Assembly: GCA_963840855.1 (NCBI GenBank)
Contig: CAWJBB010000087.1
Span: 96,001 to 160,000, forward strand
Origin: an uncultured delta proteobacterium
GTDB taxonomy: Bacteria > Desulfobacterota > Binatia > UBA9968
DNA: 64,000 bases
Direction of reading: 5' to 3'
Both the position numbers and the translations under genes were made by a program. Every line of letters begins with the position of its first letter. Positions within the stretch are counted from its first letter, which is position 1. Positions 55,299-64,000 of the stretch are shown here, in pieces. The notes under the pieces were generated by a model. That model was given only the letters and a program-made list of their open reading frames with translations. It did not search any database and had not been told where the DNA came from.

Positions 55299-55931
55299 AT
55301 GACGAGTATGAAAACTTTCTCTGCGCTATTTTTGCTGGCGGTTTTGTTGTCCGGCTGCACCCCGACGTTTCGGGCGGCGAGCGCGGTCACGCTGGGAAGG
55401 CAGGAGTTATTCCAGGGACAAAATGCAGACGCGCTCGAATCTTTTGAAGTCGCCGCGCGAGTGTCTCCGGATTATTCGTTCGGCATCGATCGTCCCGAGG
55501 GCGTTCTAAGTTATCTGGGCCGATCGCAGTATCTCAACGGTCAATATCCTCAGGCGCGCCAGACCTTGGAACGTGATCTTGCCCGAGACGAGGGTAACAG
55601 TCTATCGCGTTTGTATTTGGGCCTGACGTTGGTTCGGCTCAACGACCGGCAGAACGGGCTGCGCGCTATGATCTGGGGCTTGAGTGGAATCCCTTTTTAC
55701 ATCAACTACGTCGTTGACAGAGCGGATGCGAAGGATGTTCGTCGCTTCTGGGATCGTCACAATCAGATACGGAACGCAGTCGCTATTGCTCTCAAAATGG
55801 CCGAACGCCAGGATCTCAATTGGAACGCGCTTATATCACTCAGCGAGAGAATCGCCCTGGCCTGGGAGCAGGAGCCGGATTTTACCCGAATGTCGCCTGA
55901 GATGAATCGCCCCTACAACCTCACTCCGTAG
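55299..55931 (+). CDS. TPR-repeat lipoprotein
   Basis: Signal peptide with LLSGC lipobox; TPR-like YLGR..Y and LYLGL.L helices. Confidence 0.7.
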   Translation: MTSMKTFSALFLLAVLLSGCTPTFRAASAVTLGRQELFQGQNADALESFEVAARVSPDYSFGIDRPEGVLSYLGRSQYLNGQYPQARQTLERDLARDEGNSLSRLYLGLTLVRLNDRQNGLRAMIWGLSGIPFYINYVVDRADAKDVRRFWDRHNQIRNAVAIALKMAERQDLNWNALISLSERIALAWEQEPDFTRMSPEMNRPYNLTP

Positions 55932-56101
55932 TGAATACTTTACCTGACTACAAACTCATGGCCGTGTGACCATGAATATTGTGCAAATGTGTGTGACGCC
56001 CATGTGTGATGGATATCGGCAGGGCTCGAAACGGCGGCAGGCTTTTGCACGGGCTGGCGGCTTCGTATAGTCGTATCAAGTAATTTTATAGGGGAAAAAC
56101 A

Positions 56102-56959
56102 ATGGCGGAAATGCACCTGCCCGACATCGATCTTGAGGGCCGTGTCGTCATCATGACCGGCGCCGACCGCGGCCTTGGCCGCGCGATGAGCCTCGGCCTC
56201 GCAAAAAAGGGCGCGCGCCTGGTGCTGGCCTCGCCGGTCATAGACGGTCTCAACGCGGTGGCGGGGGAGATCGCCGCCATCGCCGGGCCGGGCCGGGCGC
56301 TCGCCGTCGAGACCGACATCACCGATTTGAAATCCTGCGCAAACTGTCTGAGGGCCGCCGTCGACGCCTTCGGAGTGCTCCATGTGCTGGTCAACAACGC
56401 CCGCCGCCTGCGCCGCGACTCTGGTAAGCCGGAGGCCGCCGGGCATCTCCCCTTTTGGGCCGTCGATCCGGTTCTGTACCGCGAGACGGTGGAGGTCAAC
56501 GTCGCCGGCACCTTCTTCATGTCGCGCACCGTCACGCCCTACTTCATCGAGATGGGCTACGGCAAGATCATCAACCTCACTACCTCGGTGCGCAATTTCT
56601 ACTCGGTGGGCCAGAGCCCCTACGGCGTCACCAAGGCGGCCATCGATTCGTCCACCTATATTTGGGCGCGCGACCTCGAAGGCAAAGGCGTCACGGTCAA
56701 TGCGCTGCTGCCCGGCGGCGCCTGCGACAGCGGCGACGTCAACCGCCCGCCCGAACCCGGGCGCACGCTGCTCCCCGCCGATATCATGAACCCGCTTCTG
56801 GTGTGGATGTGCTCGGCCCGCTCGGACGGCGCGACCGGCACGCGCTTCGTCGGCGCGCTCTGGGACAATTCCCTTGACCCGGATCAAGCCGCCGCCGGCT
56901 GCCTGGAGGACGCCTCGATCCGTGGCGCCGGGGCGCGGGATTCTAAGGTCAAGTCTTGA
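56102..56959 (+). CDS. Short-chain dehydrogenase/reductase
   Basis: TGADRGLG, LVNNA, YGVTK (YxxxK), VNALLPG. Confidence 0.92.
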   Translation: MAEMHLPDIDLEGRVVIMTGADRGLGRAMSLGLAKKGARLVLASPVIDGLNAVAGEIAAIAGPGRALAVETDITDLKSCANCLRAAVDAFGVLHVLVNNARRLRRDSGKPEAAGHLPFWAVDPVLYRETVEVNVAGTFFMSRTVTPYFIEMGYGKIINLTTSVRNFYSVGQSPYGVTKAAIDSSTYIWARDLEGKGVTVNALLPGGACDSGDVNRPPEPGRTLLPADIMNPLLVWMCSARSDGATGTRFVGALWDNSLDPDQAAAGCLEDASIRGAGARDSKVKS

Positions 56960-57002
56960 ATCTTGCTGTCGCCTCGTTTTAGACCGTTTGCTACCGGTCA
57001 CT

Positions 57003-57500
57003 CTACATCTTGGCAACCAAGCCACTACCATGTTCGGCAATCACGGCGTCATAATCGTCGACCCGCGTGTTCACGTCCATGGCCCGCACGCGATAGACGT
57101 CACCGTGGGACGCGGGGAAGGGTTCGATGCCCTGCTGGAGTTCACGGGCCAGATTCAGCAGCCGGCGGCGCGCCGTGATGATCGCCGGGTCGCTGGTGCC
57201 GAGGTGCTCCTTGCGGCGGTCGTAGATCGGGCCCATGCTTTCCTGTATTGCGCGATCCTGATCGTTGACGCCCCAGATACCGGTGTAGGTCGTCGTGCGC
57301 TGGATCTCGCGATCGAGCAGGTAGTCATTCGCCATATTGCGCTTCGGTATGAACGTGCCGGGGATTAAGTCAGGGGGAACGCGCGACCTGTGCGGCGCAT
57401 CGCAAGGTCCTGGTCGGTCAGCGGACGCTCCGGGTGGTAGATGATGTAGAAGGTCATGGTGCGATTGTCGTCGACCGGAATCCAGGCTCGTCCGCCGGCT
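57003..57500 (-). pseudogene. Rieske oxygenase alpha subunit C-terminal fragment (phthalate dioxygenase-like)
   Basis: WIPVDD, NDY..DRE.Q, QDRAIQESMGPI.DR.KEHLG.SD.AII; N-terminus replaced by the TA locus. Confidence 0.75.
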
Positions 57501-57650
57501 GGGAAGCGGAGCGGGTTTGGTATTTCTGAAAACCGGATTTCAGTCGTCGATTTGCATGGCGCTGAAGAAGTGTCCGATGCCCTTGCCGGGGCACTTATCG
57601 CGAGTATTTGCGGGCTTGTGGGTAGGACTCTGATTGCGTAGTATTTCTAC

Positions 57651-57965
57651 GTGGACCTGGATGCGCTTAAGGAAAAGGTTCGGACGGGGAAATACAGCAT
57701 TGCGTTTACTCACACAGACAAATTACGTAGACGGCGCATAAGCGCAGGTGACATTGAGCTCTGTATCGAAAATGGAATAGTCATCTAGGATTATCCCACC
57801 GATGCACGAGGTGCCAGTTGTTTGATTTTGGGTGTTGTTGGTGGACGGCCGTTGCATGTTGTTTGCGGACGGTTGGATAGCGAGGACATTCTAATCATAA
57901 CCGCCTGTGAGCCGGACCCCGATGAGTGGGAAGCCGATACGCGGACACGAAATGGGAAGATCTAG
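57651..57965 (+). pseudogene. DUF4258-family putative toxin with an in-frame TAG at 57786
   Basis: G.VI*DYP.D.RG.SCLILG....RPLHVV....IITA.EPDP.EW. Confidence 0.75.
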
Positions 57966-57969
57966 TACG

Positions 57970-58206
57970 ATGAAGGACTGCTATTTTTGCAAGGGAAAGT
58001 TGATTGAACAAAAGGTCAAAGTTGATTTTCGCTGGGGCCAAAAACTCAAGATTATAGAGAACGTTCCAGCGAATGTGTGTCAGCAGTGCGGCGAGCAGTA
58101 CTTTCAATCCGGCGTTTACAAGGCTATGGAAAAACTGGCGGCGTCTCGGAAGAAACCGTCGTCGCGGCTGACCGTCGATGTCCATCGGTTCAAAGCCGCT
58201 ATGTAA
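57970..58206 (+). CDS. YgiT-type zinc-finger protein (MqsA-like antitoxin)
   Basis: CYFCKG...IENVPA.VC..CGE.YF. Confidence 0.85.
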   Translation: MKDCYFCKGKLIEQKVKVDFRWGQKLKIIENVPANVCQQCGEQYFQSGVYKAMEKLAASRKKPSSRLTVDVHRFKAAM

Positions 58207-58219
58207 TCACAACGTAGAG

Positions 58220-59332
58220 TCACCTATGGTTTAGCTTCGAACCGTATCCCTGTCTTTTCGAAATATCCAGCAAGTCATCTACCACCGGTTTTAACAGCGG
58301 AATTCCTTCTTTGCTCCGGATCGCTTCCGCTTCTCGCTCCGGATCGCCCGGAATGAGCGGGCCATTGGTGCCGGGAGCGGGTTTTGTTTTTCGGAAAACT
58401 TGAATCCACTCGTCGATCTGTTTTTTGAATTCGTCCTTGTCGATGAAACCGTCGATCTGCATGGCGCCGAAAAAGTGGCCGATGCCTTTGCCGACGCTGC
58501 GCGCGGGGATTTCTTGCCGGAGCGCGAAGGGTGGCGCGAAGGGACCCCAGTTGGCGCCGCTCAAGACGCAACAAAGAATATCAACCATCGAAGCAAGGCC
58601 ATAGCCTTTGTGGCCGCCCATTTCCCGATTGGAACCGAGGGGCAATTGCGCGCCGCCGTCGATCATGTCGCGCGGATCGGTCGTGTCGCGGCCTTCTTTG
58701 TCGATGATCCAACCGTTGGGTATCGATTGGTTCTTGCGCAATGCGATTTCGATTTTTCCATAGGCCACCGCGCTGGTGGCCATATCGATGACGACGGGCG
58801 GCTCTTTATAGCCGGGGAAGGCAATCGCAATGGGGTTTGTTCCGAGCATTCTCTCCGCGCCCCAAAGAGGGGCGACGAGCTTGGTCGAATTGGTCATCGC
58901 CCAGCCGATGAGGTCCCGCTCGAGCGCTTGCAAGGGATAATAGCCCGCGAAGCCGAAATGATTGGTGTTGCACACGCTGACCCAGCCGGAGCCATGCCGC
59001 TCGGCTTTGTCCATGGCTGTCTCGTTGGCTTTCGGCCCAACGACGAGGCCCAAGCCGTTGTCGCCGTCGACGGTCGCCACACTGGCTTTTTCACGGACGA
59101 TCCTGATCTTCGGTTTGGGGTTGATTCTGCCGAGCTCCAGCATCTCGAAGTAAGTATGTAGCCGCGCGACGCCATGCGAGTCGATGCCGCGCAAATCACT
59201 CTTTATCAGTACGTCGGCGGCAAGCGCGGCGTCGGCTGCGCCGACGCCAAAATGCATGAATACCGCAGTGGCAAAGTCGCGGAGATACGCGGCGGGGAAT
59301 TTATGGAATTCTTGGTCGTCCATTTTGAGCAT
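58220..59332 (-). CDS. Ldh_2 family malate/L-lactate dehydrogenase
   Basis: DLRGIDSHG, NHFG, GTNPIA, DMATS, GHKGYGL, PGDPE. Confidence 0.93.
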   Translation of the reverse strand: MLKMDDQEFHKFPAAYLRDFATAVFMHFGVGAADAALAADVLIKSDLRGIDSHGVARLHTYFEMLELGRINPKPKIRIVREKASVATVDGDNGLGLVVGPKANETAMDKAERHGSGWVSVCNTNHFGFAGYYPLQALERDLIGWAMTNSTKLVAPLWGAERMLGTNPIAIAFPGYKEPPVVIDMATSAVAYGKIEIALRKNQSIPNGWIIDKEGRDTTDPRDMIDGGAQLPLGSNREMGGHKGYGLASMVDILCCVLSGANWGPFAPPFALRQEIPARSVGKGIGHFFGAMQIDGFIDKDEFKKQIDEWIQVFRKTKPAPGTNGPLIPGDPEREAEAIRSKEGIPLLKPVVDDLLDISKRQGYGSKLNHR

Positions 59333-59361
59333 GTCCTTGTCTGAAACATCGTCAACGACTA

Positions 59362-59436
59362 CGTTCAAGGTTCAATGTTCAAAGTTCAACGTTTCAATGC
59401 GGTTCGGATTTTGAACTTTAAACTTGAAATTCTGAA
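59362..59436. repeat. Inverted heptamer tandem repeat (GTTCAAN)n ... (TTGAAC)n
   Basis: gttcaaggttcaatgttcaaagttcaacg versus ttgaactttaaacttgaaattctgaac. Confidence 0.7.
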
Positions 59437-59493
59437 CGCCCGGCCTTAGATGTCGCAACAAGGTAACTAAAGTGGCGCGGCGGAGTCAATCCG

Positions 59494-60528
59494 TCATTGG
59501 CCGTTCTTGGGAAGAAGGAATTGAAAAAGCAAGGTGCGTTGCAACGGAAAAAAGTTGTCGTCGGAAACCATAAAGATCATCGTACCCTCGCCGGTCTCCA
59601 TTACCGCGACGCCTTCGAAGTTGTCGGTATGTAACGGTGGTTCGAGCCGAAGTAGCTCTTCTCCCCTAAGGGTAGCGCCCGGCCGGATATGGTCCGCCTT
59701 GATCAGTGTCAGCCGCGCGGAAAAACGCAGGGGCAGGCTATGACGCCGTTCCACTACGATTACGTCGCCGTTTTTGAGCGCGGACGAGTCCGATACGCTG
59801 AAGCCGCTGTCGGGTTGATAAGACAGCTCCGCGAAACCAGCGTCGTCCACCAACCAGGCCTTCAAGCTTCCATCGGGATTTTCAAACTCTTCGGCGATGG
59901 TGAAAATCCGTCCGTCGGGCAGGACGCTAACCGCCTCAAGGCCGCCGTTTCGAGGGGCTTTAAATATCTCACTCGGCATCGAAACCGGCACCGCCGGACT
60001 TGAAAATGTCTCGGGTGGAGCGCGATAACGCCAGACCCGGTGGGCGTGTTCAAACCCGACGATAAACGATCCATCCGGCGCCTGGGCGAGCGCCTCGGCA
60101 TCCGCTAACAACTTATTGACGGGCTTCTTTTCAGGAGTAAGCAGGGGCGCGATGTCCCAATCCGCTAGATTCAACAACCGGCCGCTGGAGTCGAGATGCA
60201 TGCGCGCGGACAACCAGAAGCCGCGGTCGGAGACCGCGTAAAGCTTGCCGTCCGCGCCAATCGCGAGTCCGGAGAAGCCGCCGAAACGCAAGTTCTTCGA
60301 ACTTAGCTGGAACGCGCCCAGAAGTTTTAACCGGTCGAATTCAACCCGCTTGGGATTCTGCTTATCGATCTCGATTGGGAGTAACTCGACGCGGAGATCG
60401 TTCGCCGCCGACGGGGAGACAAAAAATTCGCCGCACGCGGATATTTCAGCAATAACAAAAGCGGCAAGCAAAAAGGCAGTGAATCGGTTGGATTTCACGA
60501 GAATGTTTGACGTAGCATATCTTGCCAT
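59494..60528 (-). CDS. Esterase-like activity of phytase family protein
   Basis: FGGFSGL, SDRG, DAEAL, N.GLEA, DNFEG, SDDNF..QRTL. Confidence 0.88.
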   Translation of the reverse strand: MARYATSNILVKSNRFTAFLLAAFVIAEISACGEFFVSPSAANDLRVELLPIEIDKQNPKRVEFDRLKLLGAFQLSSKNLRFGGFSGLAIGADGKLYAVSDRGFWLSARMHLDSSGRLLNLADWDIAPLLTPEKKPVNKLLADAEALAQAPDGSFIVGFEHAHRVWRYRAPPETFSSPAVPVSMPSEIFKAPRNGGLEAVSVLPDGRIFTIAEEFENPDGSLKAWLVDDAGFAELSYQPDSGFSVSDSSALKNGDVIVVERRHSLPLRFSARLTLIKADHIRPGATLRGEELLRLEPPLHTDNFEGVAVMETGEGTMIFMVSDDNFFPLQRTLLFQFLLPKNGQ

Positions 60529-60772
60529 CATCGCACTCAATGGGCGGCGACTCAAGCACAAGGGTGACGTTCCAGGTTCGCAGCCGGTGAACCGGCAAGG
60601 CTGGAATTGTTCGCTACCGCGGGTTGCGCTATCGTTTTCGCAGTTGAACGGCAAGGAATGCGAAACAGCGGTTGGCCAGTAGAGGCAGGTAGCTTGCCAG
60701 TCAGACTGAGGCTGATCACAAATCAAGCTTCCGGCTCGGCCTGAAGTACATGACTGAAATAAGGGGAAAGAA

Positions 60773-61795
60773 ATGAAAATCGTTGAGATTGCAAGGCTAG
60801 TGAATGGAGAATTACGAGGTGAGGAAAGCGTGGACATCAGCGGTATCGCAGCGCTGGAAAGCGCTGGCCCCGCGGACCTTACATTCGTTGATGGCGCACG
60901 CGCGCTCGAGCAGGCGAAGCGCTCGACGGCGGGTTGCTTTCTCGTTCCATTGAATAGTGTGCTGCCGGGGAAAACAACCATCGCCGTAAGCCATCCCAAG
61001 GTAGCGTTGATCAAAGCCGCGGCAGCGCTTCTACCGGCGCGGTGCCCGGAGCCGGGCATCGATCCAACCGCGGTGGTCGCTTCCAGCGCGCGGGTGGCGC
61101 AAGATGCCAGCATCGGGGCGCAAGCGGTGATCGAAGCCGGCGCAAACATCGGCGCGCGCACGCATATCGCCGCCGGGGCATGCATCGGGCGCGGCGTGGA
61201 GATCGGCGCTGACTGCATGATTCATCCGCGCGTAACCATTTATCCGGACGTTCGTGTCGGCAATCGCGTGGTTATTCACTCAGGCGTGGTGATTGGCTGC
61301 GACGGGTTCGGCTATGTTTTCGCCGAAGGCTGTCAACAAAAGTTTCCCCAGCTCGGAAGAACCATCATCGAGGACGACGTTGAAATCGGCGCTAATACGA
61401 CCATCGACCGCGGCTCCTTGGGCGACACCGTCATCGGCGAGGGTAGCAAGATCGACAACCTGGTGCAGATCGCACATAACGTGACCGTTGGGCGCCACTG
61501 TGTGATCGCCGCGCAGGTCGGAATCGCCGGCAGCGTCCGCATCGGCGATTACGTGATGTTCGGCGGCCAGGCCGGTGTCGGCGACCGGGCGCGCATCGAA
61601 GATCAAGCTATGATCGGCGGCGGCGCTGGTGTGTTGCCGGGTAAGTTGGTACGTCGCGGCGTCTTTGTATGGGGTACGCCCGCAAGGCCCTTGCCGGAAT
61701 ACAAGGAAACTTACGGGCAGATTATGAAGCTAGGGAAGCTCGCCAAAAAAGTGGACGAGTTGTCGGAACGGGTAAAAGCAGGATCAGCGACGTAG
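60773..61795 (+). CDS. lpxD: UDP-3-O-(3-hydroxyacyl)glucosamine N-acyltransferase
   Basis: Hexapeptide repeats, [25 protein letters not shown]. Confidence 0.95.
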   Translation: MKIVEIARLVNGELRGEESVDISGIAALESAGPADLTFVDGARALEQAKRSTAGCFLVPLNSVLPGKTTIAVSHPKVALIKAAAALLPARCPEPGIDPTAVVASSARVAQDASIGAQAVIEAGANIGARTHIAAGACIGRGVEIGADCMIHPRVTIYPDVRVGNRVVIHSGVVIGCDGFGYVFAEGCQQKFPQLGRTIIEDDVEIGANTTIDRGSLGDTVIGEGSKIDNLVQIAHNVTVGRHCVIAAQVGIAGSVRIGDYVMFGGQAGVGDRARIEDQAMIGGGAGVLPGKLVRRGVFVWGTPARPLPEYKETYGQIMKLGKLAKKVDELSERVKAGSAT

Positions 61796-61823
61796 AATAC
61801 GGCATGGGATGACAGTGTAACGG

Positions 61824-62873
61824 TCATCGCTGCAAATATTTTTTGGTGAGGTTCTTGACGAAATCCTGCACGCCGGGAGAAACAGTAAGCAACTGGCGCA
61901 GGATCGCTTCTGCCTCCTTAGCCGAAAGAAGTTCGGCGTCATCCCCCGCTATACGGGTAAGCTCAGCTGTGAATTCCTTGTCGCCCTCGAGCCGGGAAAA
62001 GGCTTCGCGCAGCAGCCGCGCGACATCGCGTGGGGTGTTTGCGGGAGCGAAGAGAGGCCGTCCCGCGCCGTCCGCTCCAGCCCAGCTTACGTAGGCTTGC
62101 CAGGCGACGCCCGCGGGCCGCTTTTTGTCGATGAGCTCGGCGAATGTTGGCACCTTCGGAAACTCCGGTCGGCGCTGAAAATTTCCCGATGCCCCAAGCC
62201 TGCCTTGCTGGACAAAGGGCTGAAACCCAGCGGCAATCAGTTCCTGAAGCCCCGGCAAGTTGGCGGACGCGTACAGATCGGTTTCGCCGCGTTGAAACGC
62301 AAGCCGCATCTCTCCGCCTCCACCGTAGCCTAAGATCCAACGTACGTTCCACTTTAGATATTCCGCGCCCCATAAATACATCGTGTTCCAACTGTCGTCA
62401 CCGGTTCGAGAGCCCACCGCCAAGGCGGGTTTAGACGGGTCGGTTAACCGGTCGAGCTTTTCCGGTCTGACCATTCCAACTGACGTGCTTCGGACAATGC
62501 TTCCGAGCAACTCCCAGTTTTTCAAATCGAATTTTACTCCCTCGCCGCCGAAAACCTGCTGGGTGATGGAGCTTGAACTTATATATTGAAGGGTCAAGCC
62601 GTCGGCTTTGGCAAGCGACTCAAACCAATTCGCGGCCACCATGCCGCCGGCGCCCGGCATATTCCGGACAATCAGGGTCGGATTACCTGGAATATACCGC
62701 CCAAGAAAACGCGCCAAAAGTCTGGCCTCGCCATCCACGCCGCCACCGCTGGGATAGCCCATGATAATCGTGACCGTTTTTCCTTTAAAAAATTCCTGCG
62801 CAGGCAGTTGGCCGCAATTGAACAAAAACACCAACTGAACGACCAAGAGGAGTGAATTCCGCGACATCGACAT
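61824..62873 (-). CDS. TctC/Bug-family tripartite tricarboxylate transporter binding protein
   Basis: FFKGKTV.II.GY..GGG.D..ARL, PGNP...V.NMPGAGG, LAFQRGE. Confidence 0.85.
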   Translation of the reverse strand: MSMSRNSLLLVVQLVFLFNCGQLPAQEFFKGKTVTIIMGYPSGGGVDGEARLLARFLGRYIPGNPTLIVRNMPGAGGMVAANWFESLAKADGLTLQYISSSSITQQVFGGEGVKFDLKNWELLGSIVRSTSVGMVRPEKLDRLTDPSKPALAVGSRTGDDSWNTMYLWGAEYLKWNVRWILGYGGGGEMRLAFQRGETDLYASANLPGLQELIAAGFQPFVQQGRLGASGNFQRRPEFPKVPTFAELIDKKRPAGVAWQAYVSWAGADGAGRPLFAPANTPRDVARLLREAFSRLEGDKEFTAELTRIAGDDAELLSAKEAEAILRQLLTVSPGVQDFVKNLTKKYLQR

Positions 62874-62970
62874 TCTCCCTCGAAATTTAAATGGTGCCTG
62901 CCAGGCGGAAGTAAGCTATCCGCGCAGAGCATTTCTTGTCAACACCTCGAGGCAGGCAACTAACCTTGGC

Positions 62971-63004
62971 TTGACACGAAACCATGACCACCGTTATAGG
63001 GAGG
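62971..63004 (+). promoter_or_regulatory. Putative sigma70 promoter upstream of the molybdopterin oxidoreductase
   Basis: TTGACA-N18-TATAGG. Confidence 0.4.
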
Positions 63005-63071
63005 ATGTTTTTGGCTTGATGTCTCATTCGGGGGTGGTTAACGTCCCCTGCCGTCAAGCAAAGAAAATATC

Positions 63072-63152
63072 CGTCATGCCCGCGAACGCGGGCATCCAGT
63101 TTGGCAGCCGAGAGGACACAAAAACCTGGATTCCCGCTTTCGCGGGAAAGAC
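63072..63152. repeat. REP/RPE-like palindromic element
   Basis: cgtcatgcccgcgaacgcgggcatccag ... ctggattcccgctttcgcgggaaagacg; same family as 3103-3211. Confidence 0.75.
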
Positions 63153-63276
63153 GGAAGGGGAAAGTCTGTTTCGAGCAGAAGAATACTTGAATCGATCATT
63201 TCCACCGCAATGTCGAAGAACATGCGTGCCACTCCATGGATGCTATGCTGATAGCCGCGAAAGGAAGCCTAAATAA

Positions 63277-64000
63277 ATGACCGCAAAGGAAGCTAATTAT
63301 TCCATTGTCGGCACTTCGGTCCGGCGCGTCGATGGCGCTGACAAAGTTACCGGCAAAGCGAAGTATACGGGCGATCTTGTCGTTCCAGGGTTGATAGAGG
63401 GGAAGTTTCTGCGCAGCCCCTACGCTCACGCGCGAATTGTTTCCATCGATACTAGCGAGGCGGAAGCGATGGCGGGTGTCGTGGCGGTGCTGACGCGCAA
63501 AGATTTTAGCGATATTAGCCCCTATATCGGCCGAGGCAAAACCAAGGACCACCCGATTATCGCCCTCGATCGCGCAATTTTCGCGGGGCAACCGGTGGCG
63601 GCGGTGGCCGCCCTCGATCGCGCGACGGCCGAAGAGGCAATGGGCAAAATACATGTCGAGTATGAAGAACTGAAGCCCGTGATCGACGTTGACGAAGCGA
63701 TGGCCGATGGCGCGCCACTGGTGCACGACTTCGCGCCGCGAAACATCTGTTTTCAAACCGAACTGGTCAAAGGAAACGTCGAGCAAGGCTTTGCCGAAGC
63801 CGACGAGATCTTCGAGGACTCCTTCGAGTTCCCGATGATTTTTCACTATTCGATGGAGCCGCACACGGCGATTGCGCAATTGGACAGCGACGGCATCCAG
63901 GTATGGACTTCCACCGGGCATCCCTTCGGCGTGCGCCAGGAGGTAGCTGAAATCTTCAACTATCCGTTGGCAAAAGTTCGTGTGCACGTGAATTTTGTCG
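63277..64000 (+). CDS. Xanthine dehydrogenase/CoxL-family molybdopterin-binding subunit, 5' part
   Basis: Manual translation gives VG.SVRRVDGADKVTGKAKYTGD, LRSPYAHARI, GQPVAAV, HYSMEPH; runs off window. Confidence 0.9.
   Translation, partial: MTAKEANYSIVGTSVRRVDGADKVTGKAKYTGDLVVPGLIEGKFLRSPYAHARIVSIDTSEAEAMAGVVAVLTRKDFSDISPYIGRGKTKDHPIIALDRAIFAGQPVAAVAALDRATAEEAMGKIHVEYEELKPVIDVDEAMADGAPLVHDFAPRNICFQTELVKGNVEQGFAEADEIFEDSFEFPMIFHYSMEPHTAIAQLDSDGIQVWTSTGHPFGVRQEVAEIFNYPLAKVRVHVNFV

Noticed and set aside
55940-57040. Long antisense ORFs (for example 366 aa here, 283 aa at 12845, 263 aa at 63196)
   Set aside because: These are shadow frames of well-supported genes on the opposite strand in GC-rich DNA
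60529-61218. N-terminal extension of the 574-aa minus-strand ORF
   Set aside because: It overlaps lpxD antisense; the phytase-like protein has its own signal-like start near 60528

Overview
GC-rich bacterial chromosome segment. The gene content (many orphan NMT1/SsuA-type solute-binding proteins, TctC-like protein, Rieske oxygenases, amidohydrolases) resembles Binatia/deltaproteobacterial genomes, which is an inference. Scattered single-base indels, densest at about 23.8-25.4 kb and 28.7-36.8 kb, look like long-read consensus error, so most frameshifted genes are probably intact in vivo. Metabolic and transport genes fill about 0-16 kb and 54-64 kb. Between them lies a defence and mobile hotspot: two VapBC-type TA pairs, a Type I RM locus with an IetAS-type AAA+/S8-protease pair nested between hsdS and hsdR, two IS110 elements with candidate bridge/seek RNAs, and a second IetAS pair. 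A DUF4258/YgiT TA pair lies further right at about 57.7-58.2 kb. The best candidate for an undescribed system is at 18.0-26.3 kb. It is an operon of three divergent ParB/Srx-like paralogues, a PD-(D/E)XK nuclease and a SNF2 ATPase, convergent on a coupled B12-type radical SAM and GHKL (MORC/Hsp90-like) ATPase pair. It is bracketed by two copies of a roughly 205 bp repeat encoding a stand-alone mini-antitoxin, whose conserved core differs between copies only by synonymous substitutions.
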